In this document: positions 39,089 to 51,962 of the stretch, in pieces | Layout: every line of letters starts with the position of its first letter | How positions within the stretch are numbered: position 1 is the stretch's first letter | Source of the DNA: Utricularia gibba | Lineage: Eukaryota; Plantae; Magnoliophyta | Reading direction: 5' to 3' | Length of the DNA: 64,000 nt | Assembly (NCBI GenBank): GCA_002189035.1 | Contig: NEEC01000011.1 | Location: forward strand, 1,612,001-1,676,000 | Made by a program: the position numbers and the translations under genes | Notes under the pieces: model-generated | Told to the model about the DNA's origin: nothing | Database searches by the model: none | What the model saw: only the letters and a program-made list of their open reading frames with translations

Positions 39089-41028
39089 TCAAAACCTGCA
39101 AGAAGTCCCGAGCCTCGGCCGCTGCTTCTGGCCGATGGATGAAGCTTTGCGCTTGGCGAACGCCGGAGTGAGCAGGTCGGCGAACTTGTCTAGAAACAAC
39201 CCCCATTCGCCTTCGTCCATGTCCGCCAGCTTCACGAAGGTGGTGCTAGGGGGAGTGGGTCGTTGGCGCTCCTGTGTCCGGAGGAGGAGTTGGTGAGAGC
39301 GCCGAGATCGGGCCGGGCTCTGGGATAGTCGGAGTGTTTATACTTCATCTCGCCTAAGCTGGCGTTCTTCAGAGACATGGACAGTTTAGAGATGGCACCG
39401 AGCTTTGGTGGAGCATGAGTAGCACATAGTGCTTGTTCCACAACGTCGGGCTCGGGCTCCACGTTCTCCTCCTCTTCTTCTTCGAGGCTCTCCTCTAGCT
39501 TGAAAAGAGGATTACGACCAGTGACACTCCCGGAGCTGAAATGGAAGTTGTATCCTGAGAAAAAGTCTTGAGGCGAGGGATTCCTGCTGGGCTCAGAGGC
39601 ATCATCTTCACAGTCGATGTCAAATTGGAAGTCATCCAAGTCTGATCCATGGTTCAGAGATAGCATCTCCTCGGCAACAAGCCTCCTTGCCTCAATACAT
39701 ACCAGCTCAAGTTCACTAGGTTCCTCTTCGCCACTTCGAAACTCCCGGCTCATCATCTCACCGATTTCAGCAAGGCAAAGCCCATAGGAAGCAGCTTCCT
39801 TCAGGAATGTAGTGCAGAGGAATAGGACTCGGAGACAGGCTTCACGGATCATGGGAAGCTCAGAACGCAGCATTTCTGCATCATGAACAGGGTCAAGATT
39901 TTGAATGTACTCAAGCTCGTCATCGGAGAATGGGATTGAAGACTGAGGCCAATGGATCCACTCAAAGTAGGGATCCTCTAAACTCTCAGGCAAACAAAGG
40001 CCATGATCAATCGGAATCAGTTCCACTTGACTAAACTGCCCTACACCATCGAGTTTTCTCACCAATAGGTTACCTGCGTGCCTATCTGTGTTAAGGATTC
40101 TAATATCCAAGATTCCGATTCGATGAACAGCAGCAACAGGGAAACTTGATGTTCCATGATCACTGGCATCAAAGTCATGGGGAATGAACTGCTGCAAGGA
40201 TGCAATCTTGCTACACAAATTCTTATCCTGAGTCATGATTCCAGTCATGCCACCATTCACATTGAAGATCGAGTGAGTAATCTTCACAAGTGCAGTAGGT
40301 GGAACATTAGCAAAATGATCGTAGTCAAGCAGATAAGCAGCCACCTCTCTGTAACCTGTTTCCCCAACTCTCACAGATCGTTTTAAGCCAGGCTGCCCGA
40401 GAGCTTTACCGACAAAGCCCTTTGGATTGTTAGGCGCAAAAGGCTCTTCATCTGTGGGCTTCACGATTGCTACACGTTCTCCTCTGATGTTTCGGAAATA
40501 GTATGCACCCCCAAGCCCACTATGAACTCGAATAGGATCAATTCCATTCTTCACTGCCTTGACAATTTCCTTGACTATCTTTCTTGTCTTGGCAATGTGT
40601 TTTGAATTCCCTATTATCTCAATCGGACCACTCTCATCTCTTTTCTGAACGTCCCGACCTGTGGGGGAGAGACAGGGAGTTGAGGAGCTCCGATGGATCA
40701 AATTCCTAGTCAACAAGAGAGGGGAATCATTCCGAATGGCACTTAGATCATTTTTCAGAACCATATCACCAAACGTCAGCGAACTCTCCTCAATTGGGAA
40801 ATTCAGAGCAACCTGCAACCTCCTCTTTACCATATGAGCATTGTCATTTCTGTCCAATTCCAGACCCAAAACACAACCAGTCTCAGTTTGTACAAAAACC
40901 CTTCTTCTACCAGTAGGTTTGCTTTCGAACATGTTGGATCCAGGGTAATCCCCAGTACTAAGTGGATTCTTTAAAATAGCCACAGCCATCTCAGTCTGTA
41001 CAGGGCTATCGAACTTATTAGACATCAA
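39089..41028 (-). CDS. Type II phosphatidylinositol 4-kinase gamma (PI4Kg5/6/7-like), single coding exon; apparent 1-bp deletion at 39249-39253
   Basis: RRVFVQTETGCVLG ubiquitin-like N-terminus, AIVKPTDEEP, ETGYREVAAYLLD, NTDRHAGN and IPIDHGLCLPE; the conserved tail STTFVKLADMDEGEWGLFLDKF...RLGTSCRF* lies in the next frame. Confidence 0.93.
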
Positions 41029-44000
41029 ATGATGAACAGGAAACCGGAACTAGTTATCAGCTTGCACAGCTGGCAACTAAGACGGCAAAAGTGGAGAGCT
41101 TGTTCTAACTCTCTGAAACCAAATTCCTAGCTCAGATGCTAACTGTGTTCTATCCACAGTAACATGAATAACCGATAAAAACGAACACCTAATCTACCAC
41201 CCTCTGAAAAGGAAAAATGACTAACACTCCAGAAAATTTCGGCAGCTCAGAGAGAGATAGAGAGGAACTAGGATACAACTACATGGAGAACGTCATGAAT
41301 GATTTCTTGACACGCGTCCAATCACAATCTGCAATCCGAAAAAATCCAGATAGTCAGAAAACAATTCTATAAACGAAGCAAAAAAGGAAAATTTAATGAA
41401 GCTTTCAGAAGGAAACACCCAAAAAAAAGCCTGTATTACTCAAATACCACGTTTGCTATACAGATTAGCATCCTATTACTATCCACCCAAAATATTTTAC
41501 TCGTTAACTATGAAAGGCATCATGTGACAATGAAATAATTGGAAATTTTATCAACCATCAAAGTTGAAAAAGACTCTTGTAGTAAAATATGCTTGAAGCA
41601 CAGAAGTTTCAGCCCAGCTCTTTCTGAATTTCAAGTTCACGCTCACCCAAAAGTGAAGAAACCGAACAATTCAAAAGTCACACCACTCAAACACGCAGTA
41701 CACCGCAAATCTTCAGATCCGACCAGGGATAAAAGAATTACAAGAGTTTACTACCTTTCCAACCGCTCATTGCAGCAACTCGAGCCTATACTACCCGAAA
41801 CACGTTAATCAACGCACCCGCATGCAAAATCAGAATTAGAGAACTCCAGTCAATTAGAAAAAACGCAGAAGGTACATGAATCAAAAGAATCAAGCAACAT
41901 CCTGAAAATCTAACTCAAGGATTAGCCAGATCTGAAGAAACCACGCTTCTACTCGTCTTTCCGTACCAATTCTACGACAAGGACCACCAGTTCCCCAGCG
42001 CGAATCAAGCAAACAGAACCAACGGCTAGGATCCGATTCCGGCAATCTACTCGCTGTGCATCACCACCGAAACCCTCTCCGCCACTCTCCGGCTCACGCT
42101 CAACTGCTCCCTTGTCCCAGAGCAATAGATACCGAATGGCATTTATCCACACGCGCGCGATTCGTCTATATAGACAAAGAGTTGAACACCAGAAACGTGA
42201 AATCCAACTCCACCGTGGTTAGACATTCAACCGGAACTCGAGTTAAAACACCACAATTTTGTGGAAGTGTCTAGAATTCGAGATCTCCGCCGTCCAATCG
42301 AGCTCATACCACTCATCGTAGCCGTCCATCGCGCTGAAAGCGATAGCGCGATGACGTGCCAAATGCCGAGTTCCGTTCTTTTCCATTCGTTTGACCTAAA
42401 AATCGTTGCAGTCCTCCGCTGCCTTTGATATTTTTCACCTCCCACACATTTAATTATTTCCGATAAATTTTCTAGTTCTTAAATTCAATTTTTAAAATTA
42501 AAAAAAATAATATTTTTTAAAATAATTGCATTTAATAGTCCTACATTATATGCGGACCAAAATAAGAGTGCATTCTGTATAATTTCTGAAAATAAATTTA
42601 TGAAAAATGTGCATGAGAAACGAAATCATACATATATATATTTAGAATAATGCATTTAAGTCACTAATTGGTTTTAAGACAACCTAGTGGCGGTCCAGAG
42701 GTGGTTTGACTAGTCTGTTCTCATCCGTTTTAAATTAATTTTCGTGCATAATAATACCATTAATAATTAAAATATTTAATTCCTATTCCCGTCATCTTTA
42801 ACCGTACACTCTCCTATTGAATCTCAATTCTCAATGAAATCAACATTTATCTTTAACCTCGTCTATGAATCTTTTTTTGGCTTCATCATATACATGAAAA
42901 TCAGCATTTTCGTTTCGATTTTTACTTGGTTAATCGATTAGTGAAAAAATAAATTTTAATATATTTACAGAGTGTTTGGTAGATTGATTTAACTGTTTAA
43001 ATATCTATATGTTAATAACAATGTATATTTAGTACATTAATTTAACAATACATAAGTGTTTTACAAAATTAATGTAAAACACTCAGAACTAGGTATTTTA
43101 AAACTCAATTTCTATGTGGTTTTTTCCAAATAACTCAATTTATAAAATATTTATTTTAAACATACGAATCATAATGTTATTTTAACCACATATGTTCAAA
43201 ACATATATACTAAACAAACTGTATTCTTAATCACATAATACATATTTATCTAAATACAAATAAATCAAATACATTATCAATTATACTAATGTTTTAAAAA
43301 TGAGTTCAACTAATTTCCTAATTTTGAGATGAAGTTTTTCCAATGAATTGAATTTTATTTATATAAAAATAAACCTATTATTTTAAAACAGCGGGGAGAC
43401 CTACTGCTGGCGCCCATAGATGCTGCTCATTTACGTCGCCGCGTTTGATATTCGCTCAGGAGGGGAAAATGATATTTTCGACTTAAATAATAATTAAATA
43501 ATGGCAACGAGGGAATTGGATTTGGTTATGTGCACTTTACGGTGGCTTATCTACCTTTTTAAGTGTCGTGGGGTCCACTCTAATTCCAATCAATCCTTTT
43601 CCAGCTTAGGGGAAAAAAACCATAATTTTATACATTTTTGTAATAAAAAAGTATCAAATAATCGATGGTCCGAACTGGGAAATTGATTGAATTGACAATG
43701 GGACAAATGGTCGGATATCAATCATCTCTATATCTCTTTAAGCAAAATCATGACAAAAAAAGAGCATCAATCTATGATTAAATAAGTATTTTTAAAATTG
43801 GCATGAAGCTTTTAAAATTGCATATCATTATTTGAAAACTTTTAGGACTTGTTCTATTTGCATAATTTTTTAAGGTGATTATTTTTTATTTTAAAACTTA
43901 TAATCTTTAACTATTAATAGTAAAATCAGAAATTCGAATTCTGTGATTAACTTCAGAAATTATGAATATATGTGAATCTATGTTTTGTTTATTAAATTAG

Positions 44001-44883
44001 ATATTAACTAGAAAAATTATATTACTCAATTTTTATCTTTTTTAAAAATACATTTACATCATAACATTAAATTATATAATAATTTAATATATTAAACTTT
44101 ACAATATATATTTTATTTTGTTCAATTTATAATATAATTTTATTCTATCCAATCAAATAATTTTATAAATTAAAAATTAATTATGTTCACATAATTTTAA
44201 AACTGATTCTATTATATATAATATGAAGCATATAACAAACTCATATAATTCATGTTTGAAAAACAGAATGAATCCATTTAATGGTTTAATCATGTATTTA
44301 GTGTAAAATTATTTATAATGTATTAGATTCATTAAAATTTAAGTATATTTTAAAATATATTTTTTAAAAAACTATTACCTAAACAGATTGAACATATTCT
44401 TCAGTTTAGTTATGAGTTTTAGATAATTTTAAATTGATCCATGATTTTAAAATATCACAAGATCGCCTTTGTATTTGCTTGGTTTATGTGTGCTTGCTGG
44501 GCTCAAACTTCCATATTTTGGGCCCATGGGCTCCAATGATTTTCCTAAAACATGCTTGTAAGGTGGATCGCTGAGGGAAAACTGCATTGTGGCAAAGATA
44601 GTGAAGATGTTTATGTTCAGTATCTTCACTGCGAGTGCTCTTCTTCTCATCTGTTCCTAAATGATTAATATTGGCTAAAAAAATCCAAAATCCACAACCA
44701 AAACTCATACACTAGCAACGAAAGAAAAAATTGAGGGAATGGTTCTGGGGATGCTACCGGAAGATCTTCCCTTCACAATGTTCCTGCTATTCTACCGAGA
44801 CTTGAGGCTAGAGAAGAACAATAGCAACGCGTACGCAATTCTGATGCGAGTCCTAGGGCTTTCCACCATCCCTCGATAGATTT

Positions 44884-47800
44884 CAGAATAGGCGAACAAA
44901 GGAGCAGAGTAATATTGAAGAAATCTAAAAACCCAATTCCGAAGGTCAAGAACTCGAAGGGTGAGAAGAAAACTCTCTATTGATTTCTTAATTCGAAAGA
45001 AGCGAAATATCCTATTTATATTTTGTACAAAATTGATATAATAAATTGAATTATACAAAAAAACACTCAAGGTTGTTCTGCACTCTGTGACTTGCTGCGA
45101 TTCCCTTGGTGTGATAAGATCCTCCCCTCAAGCTGGATGAAGGATGACAGATGCATTCCCAGCTTGCACACGAGACTGTGGAAAGCAGCGGCAACCTCAT
45201 ATATATCATCTCATCAAGAGGGCCATGCAAGAAAGCATTATTAATGTCAATTTGATGCAGAAAATAACCTCGACCCGCTGCTAGAGCAATCAACATTCTG
45301 ATAGTAACCATCTTAGCCACTGGAGCATAACACTCAAAATAGTCTACACCTTCAATTTGTGTGAAGCCTTGTGCCACAAGTCTGGCCTTGCGCCGCTCAA
45401 GAGAACCATCAGCTTTAATCTTATTTTTATAAATCCATTTTGATCCTATGGCCCTTTCTCCCGGAGGTAATTCTACAATTTCCCATGTATGATTTCTTTC
45501 CATGGCTGAAATTTCATTTTTCATTGGCTGATCCCATTCCACATATTGTTTGGCTTGGTGATAGGTTTGGGGTTCAGAGAACATAGTCACCGGAGCCATA
45601 ACGTATGCATCTAGTGCTGATATGAGACATGAAGGTGGGTCCAGAGAATTCTTGGGAGGAAAAGTCAAACTAGAGGTGGACTTAAATAAGGTGGGTTGGG
45701 CAATCATAACGTAATCATGATGCCAAGAGGGAGCTTGATGGAGACGGTGGCTACGACGAGCCGCCTGGACATTATCATCAGAGGAAGATGTAGAAGATTA
45801 TATAGGCTTATCAGTGGAAGAAGAGCCATTTTCAGAATTATTCACGTCAAGTGAGTTCTCTGGTGAGGATGACACCTCAGCAACTGGATGTGGGGGAACA
45901 AGGACAGACATTAACAAATCAGAATCAGCTGCACCAATTGGTAAGGAGGGCCAATTATCATCTGGAGGAATAAAGGAAGAGGAAAGTGCCCTTCATATAA
46001 TTTTACGTCCCTAGAACAAATATGTCCCCACTTTCCAACTCATAAAGCTTATAACCCTTATGAGCTGATGGATAACCAATGAAGGCACACTTCTTGGATC
46101 TAGAATCCAGCTTGTCTTGATGTGGGGAAAGATTACGAGCATAGCACAAACACCCAAAGACACGTAAAAAAGAATAATCTGGGGCTTCACCCATAAGTAC
46201 TTCAATTTAGGACTTCCAAGCTAAGATAGAGGATGGCAAACGATTGAGGATGAAGGTAGCTGTAAGAAGAGCCTCTCCCCAAAATGACTTAAGTAGGGAG
46301 GATTGGAAAAGTAATGCTCTTGTTATCTCTAAAAGGTGGCGATGCTTACGTTCTATCCTCCCATTTTGCTACGAAGTATAGGGGCAAGAAAATTGTTGTG
46401 AAATGCCATGTAAGTCAGCATGGGTTTTCACAACATGGTTCTTGAACTCACTACCATTATCCGATCGAATGTATTTTACCGTGTACCCTAAGAGTTTTTC
46501 CATCCTTTTCACAAAGGCAAACAGCAGAGCATGAAGGTTCTGTTTGCTAGAAATTAGGAATGTCCAGGTAGTACGAGAATGGTCATCAAGGATAGTTAAA
46601 AAATATTTTTGTCCAGTGCGGGTTGTTGTTGAATATGGACCCCAAGTGTCACAATGGAGGAGATACAAAGGATGAGGAGCTCTAGAATCTGAGAACCCGA
46701 AAGGTAGATGTGTGAATTTAGCAAACTCACACACATCGCAAGGCTCATTATGGGTGGAACAGTCAAATGGCAAATGTTTGGCTGTTGAGGAAGAAATATG
46801 GCCTAGTCTATGATGCCATAACAAATGGGAATCGGTAGCATGCGTGTGGCCAGAATATAAAGCCATTGACTTTAAAAAACCACTTCCATAATTTAACAAG
46901 AACTGTTTCTATCCTACAGGCAATGTTTCTCGCAAAACAAGTGAGTACAACTGGAGGGTTTTAGGCAAAAAGGAGCATTGTCCAATACATAGAGTCCACT
47001 TCGTAGGATCCTAATAAACGAAAATTCCTAATGTCGTTGCAAAAATAGAAAATTCGTTATCAAATAAATTTATAGTCCCTAATCCTCACAAAATACAAAT
47101 TAAACTGAAAATGCACAGTGGAATTTGGGGTCGATCACAAGGAGCTTGTGCTTGCTAAGTGTTTTAGTGAATGCATAATTCAGGCTAACAGTAAGTCTTA
47201 GTCTAAGCTCGAACCAACAGTGGTGAACAAGTTCGGTAAACGAGATCAGTAAATAATATCGGGTCTTAACGCTAAGGTAACAGGTACTGGTTCTAACTCA
47301 AAATAATACTAACGTGCCTTAAGGATCTACAGGTGGTGTGGTGCCAAAATTCCTAATTTAATCCACCATCTTCCTACACTCACAACTTCAAATAACCCAA
47401 GTCTACCCAAGTCATTTATCATATTTTCGGTTAAGCTAGTCCCCCATATCATCACCCACATTGCAATCAGGTCTACCTGCATGCAAAGCATATAGAACTA
47501 GGTCTACTCGATTCTACTGGTTCTACCCCGAACTAACACCTACTGTGCCTGCCTTGATTTGTTGGTCTATCGCTAAACCAAGCATCTAAGTTATGAAACT
47601 TTTTGTTCCCCTCCTTAGGTCTACCCATGGCTTGATAGAAATAAAAGCTAAGGAATAATGGTCGATCTTATTAAGTCTCTTAGACCTACACCACCATCCT
47701 TCAACTTAAGGCACTCCTAGGGTTTAGCTACTCATGCTTTGAAGGTAAAATGGAATAGCATTAACATAAAACAACGAAAATGTTGAGGGAATCATGCAGA

Positions 47801-50135
47801 AGTTGGTTGCAGAAGCTAAAAAAACATAAACAAACGAAAATAAAGCAGTAAAGCTTCTGGATTCCGTATGTCACTGTTCACAAGCCGGAATAGTGGCGTT
47901 GAACTGGATCTTGATCTTCTTCCTTCAAGCTGAAGGTTCTTCTCCAGAAAAATCCCTTTTCTTCCTCCTTCTCCTTTAGTTTCTTCTGTGTTCGTGTTGG
48001 GGTTGGGGGAGAAACCCCTTGTGTGTGCTCTCTGAAAATTATGGGGTGAACTCCTCTCTTTTTACGACTCTCTCTCCTCATCTTTTCTCTCGCCTCTCAT
48101 TGACCAAGACAAGTACATTCTCTGACAGATCTGCTGCTCCAGGCCCTGACTTGTAGACTATCACCGTGACAATGTACTCATTGCCCCCTGCACCCTGGTG
48201 ACTTGGGTTGCTGCTAGACTTCAAAATCGGGTTAGACATGGGGTGGGCTAAATCAAAGGATTTAGCCCACTAATTACACTAAAAATCACATTTTCTTAAA
48301 TTACATAAAAAAACTTAAAACTATAAAATAAACACTTAAACATAATTAAAAATTTATAATTTTTCATATTCTAAAACATGAAAATTTGTGTGTTATCAGA
48401 TCCCAACCCCCAGCATAGATTTAGAGACCTGGTCCTGCAAAATGGAGCAGGTACCAATAAATATAAAGGAGATGGATGGTGCTAGTTTTGAAACAGAAAG
48501 TAAGTTATGCTGAAAGCTAGGAGCGTAAAGGACATCATTCAAGGTAAGGGTTTTGGACAAAAGAATAGATCCTATATGAGTGGCCAAACGTGTGGAACCA
48601 TCAGGAAGTGAAATAGCTATGGGATCAACCAAAATAGTAAGGTTTTGAAACATGGTCTCATCAGCACATAAATGAGTCGTAGCTTCGGTATCTAGTATCC
48701 AATCCTTACTATGCAACAAATGTAATGCAGTAGAGAATTCCACATGTGTACCTACAAAATCTTTGAAGACATAATGAGCTTGTTCGGTAGGCTCTGTCTT
48801 TGTGGGAGTGTTCATGAGCTTCAGAAGCTCTTGTTGTATGATCTTCCAAGAGCTTTCCTTTTGCGAGTCTGTACCGCTGCTCAATTGTCCACTAACCAGT
48901 TGATCAGGAAATTCAGGAGCCATAATTTCAGCCATGTTGATAGTTTGTACCTGCTGATGACCCTTCTTTTCACACCAAGGGAATCGCAACAAGTCACAGA
49001 GTGCAGAACAACCTTGAGTTTTTTTTTGTATAATTCAATTTATTATATCAATTCTGTACAAAATATAAATAGGATATTTCGCTTCTTTCGTTTATTAGGA
49101 TATCCATTCAACTTGTAGCAATTTTCTCGCAAGTGTCCATCTCGTTTACAATAAGTACAATGTCTTCCCTTTGGATCCTTGTTTTGGATTGGAATAGTTG
49201 AAGATGGTGGTGATTGGTTAATCATGGCATGGCTACCAACATGTTGATGCGCCATAAAAGCACTCTCCTATATTGTCGTCTTAACACTCAGGTTTAGCTG
49301 TCCCTCCACCGTTATCATCATAGCATAAGCTTGGTCCAAATCTGGTTCTGGCTTCATGGTAATAATCTGATTAATGGTGGCAGCAAATTGCTCATTCAAC
49401 CCATTTAGGAACTGCACTAGTCTAGTTCGTTGCGCTGCCTTTGTCTCTTTTGCATATGACACATTGATTGGTAGGCATGAGTCCATCCAAATCTGTCCAC
49501 AAATTTTTCATGCAAGAGTAATACTCACTAACTGACATTTGTCCTTGTGAAATATGGTACAATTCACGCTGAATGTGAAAAATTGCTGCTAAATTCATTT
49601 TCTCAAATTGCTTCTCTATCGTGTCCCAGAGCTCCATTGCGGTTCTTGATGAATTGAAATTGTTGACCAACTCCTGTGATATGGAGTTCATCAGCCAGCA
49701 TCTCACCATTACATCTACTCGATTCCATGCATTGTAGGTTGGATCTGAAACTGGTGGTTGTGGGAGTCTACCATTTACAAACACCAATTTATTCCGTGCT
49801 TTCAGAGCCATAGTCATACTTCTACGCCAAGAGAGGAAGTTTTTGGTGGTCAAAGACGGAGTCACCAAGATGAGACTCGGATTTTCAGACCCATGAACAT
49901 ATAATGGGTCTGAAGCATCAAACCCTTGGTGTTGAAGGATCTGTAGGAATTTTCTCAGATCGAAGAAGTCACCACAAGTTTCAGTTCAAGTTTCTGGAGA
50001 ATCGGTCATTGTGTTAGCTCCACGCTCACCGCACCAAGAACAGGTGAACAAAGGAGCAGAGTAATATTGAAGAAATCTGAAAACCTAGTTCTGAAGGTCA
50101 AGAACTTGAAGGGTGAGAAGAAAACTCTCTATTGA
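44884..50135 (-). mobile_element. Ty1/copia LTR retrotransposon, internally deleted and rearranged
   Basis: gag from 50009 (NFLSWRRSMTMALKARNK, CTYCKRDGHLRENC), protease (WILDTEATTH), integrase (LHCDTWGPY, RSDNGSEF), truncated RT (RRKARLVAQGF, DINNAFLHG); PPT at 45121-45132; 3' LTR 44884-45120 and partial 5' LTR 50037-50135. Confidence 0.92.
47012..48398. mobile_element. Solo LTR (1387 bp) nested in the copia pol region
   Basis: Exact 5-bp TSD gatcc (47007-47011, 48399-48403); ends taataaac...gtgttatca; removing it rejoins MLGVGI|LRSGLYVLD. Confidence 0.88.
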
Positions 50136-50779
50136 AGGTCAAGAACAAGATGAGAAGTCTATAATACTACCCCAGAGTGTAAGCTTGTGTTGGGGTTGTT
50201 GTGTTCACCTGTTAATTGAAAATGTTGACGTATTTTGTGGTTTGGGTTTTGTTGCTATTCGTTGCCTCTATGGAACATTGGATCCTCGATATTGTATATA
50301 TAGTTATTGGATTTCGTTTGTTAGTTTGGAGGGTCTATGGGTGATATTGTTGTGTGTAGTGGGATATGGCTAGTCGGTCAAGAGCGATTCAAAGGCACTT
50401 ACTACTGGGGCTGTGAAGGGAGGGGGGAGGGGTCATTGTATTTGGATGCTCTTCCTACACCTGATATTACATCCTTTATCTATAGATTGTATATTATCAT
50501 GTCACTAAGCAGGAAAATCTCAAGCAATGGTCGAATGAAATTGAGCGCTGTCTATGCCACCAATAATGTGGTTGAAGCCAAGTTTTTCGAGCTCAACACA
50601 GGTTCAAGTATGTATATCTTTGATTTATCCTATGAAATCCATGGCTTGACAACTAGATTAAGCCACTTTCAGCATTTGGTAGTCTTCACTTCCAAATCTA
50701 CGCCTTTTGGTTTGTGCTATAAAAATTGGTGTCTAAATCCCTACTCTCAGCTCTTGTGTCTACGAATGCTTCGAAGTTG

Positions 50780-51962
50780 GTGAAGTAGCGTGCCTATTTT
50801 ACTGTTAAGTGTCATTTTCTTACTAATTTTTAGGTTTTTATCTAGTTTAGGGTAATTATCCTAAATCTTGTATTTTATCTATTAATTTTACTAGTTTTAA
50901 TTGAGTTTTTCTAGAGGCGCACACGTGGCAGGAAGTGAGAGAAAGAGGATATCAGATGGCGACAAATTGGATCTTCCCGAGCTGACATTCCCTTGATTTC
51001 CGGAAGACTGCAGACGTGTAATCATGAGCCTTGACGTGTGGAACACGGGAATCTCTGATAGGCGGCATCATTAGTGTACCAGTGTCAGACATTTGCTTGC
51101 AAGTCATCCTAAGTTCACCAAAATCACAGGGACACGATATCTCAGACTCTCATTGAAGTCCAGTTCTGTTCAGACGTGAGAACAATTAGTTTTAGTTTTC
51201 TCTTTTGTTTTTTTCTCTCTAGAGGATTTTTTCTCTAGCTTCTCTCTAGAACCTTGTTTGCATTTCCTTTAGTTTGTATGATCGTTCACAGCTAAAAACT
51301 TCCGTTTCTAGGTTGGAACACCACCAGATCTATGTTTCGTTAGCTTATCTTCACATTTTCTTTGGATCCGAACGGGTTTCGTATGTCTTCGCGTGACTAT
51401 GTGGCAGTCTTTCTATAACAGTCCTCTTATTCAAGGTTCATAGTTAGCTGATCACTACCTGCGAGTTTTGGAGAGGAGGAAGACAACGTTTTGTCTGTGG
51501 CCGTACCTCAAGATCAATGGACAAGTAGTGACCTCGTATTTGGACTCATTGGGTCATTGGTAACACTTGAGCACACGCACGCAATTCGGCCGTGAGGGTA
51601 CGCTGGTAGGACCTCTTATTCTCACGTTCGTCCAAGGAGGAGCAACATCGGGTTATTCTCATGCCTTTTTGCAAGCGAGTGTAAGGGAGGGTAGGCAATT
51701 CCTTACTCTTATAATCGAGTACTCAAGATGACCAGAGAAGAGTGAAGACGCAACGAACATAGCTGGACATGATTCAAAACCCAGGAACATTTACTTTATT
51801 TAAGGTTCATCGCTTACGTTTATTTTAGTTGTTTGCTCAAAACCTCTCTTATTCCCTTACTCAAGCTTCATCATCAACGTTTCTCGCACCTTTTACCTTC
51901 AAAAGGTTTCGGGGTACCTCACCTTTCACTCAAAAACAATTTTTTGGCGCCATTGACGGGGA
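50780..51962 (+). mobile_element. Athila-like Gypsy 5' LTR plus primer-binding site
   Basis: Homologous to 1-1240 (inverted); ends ...aaaca followed by tggcgccattgacgggga (51945-51962), resembling the recalled Athila PBS TGGCGCCGTTGCCGGGGA. Confidence 0.7.

Noticed and set aside
42243-42329. 28-aa ORF MDGYDEWYELDW... upstream of PI4K as a conserved uORF
   Set aside because: It lies upstream of the likely TATA (about 42170), and there is no evidence of conservation.
50140-50780. ORFs 50113-50373 and 50337-50783
   Set aside because: No recognisable domain; sandwiched between retroelements and probably degraded TE sequence.
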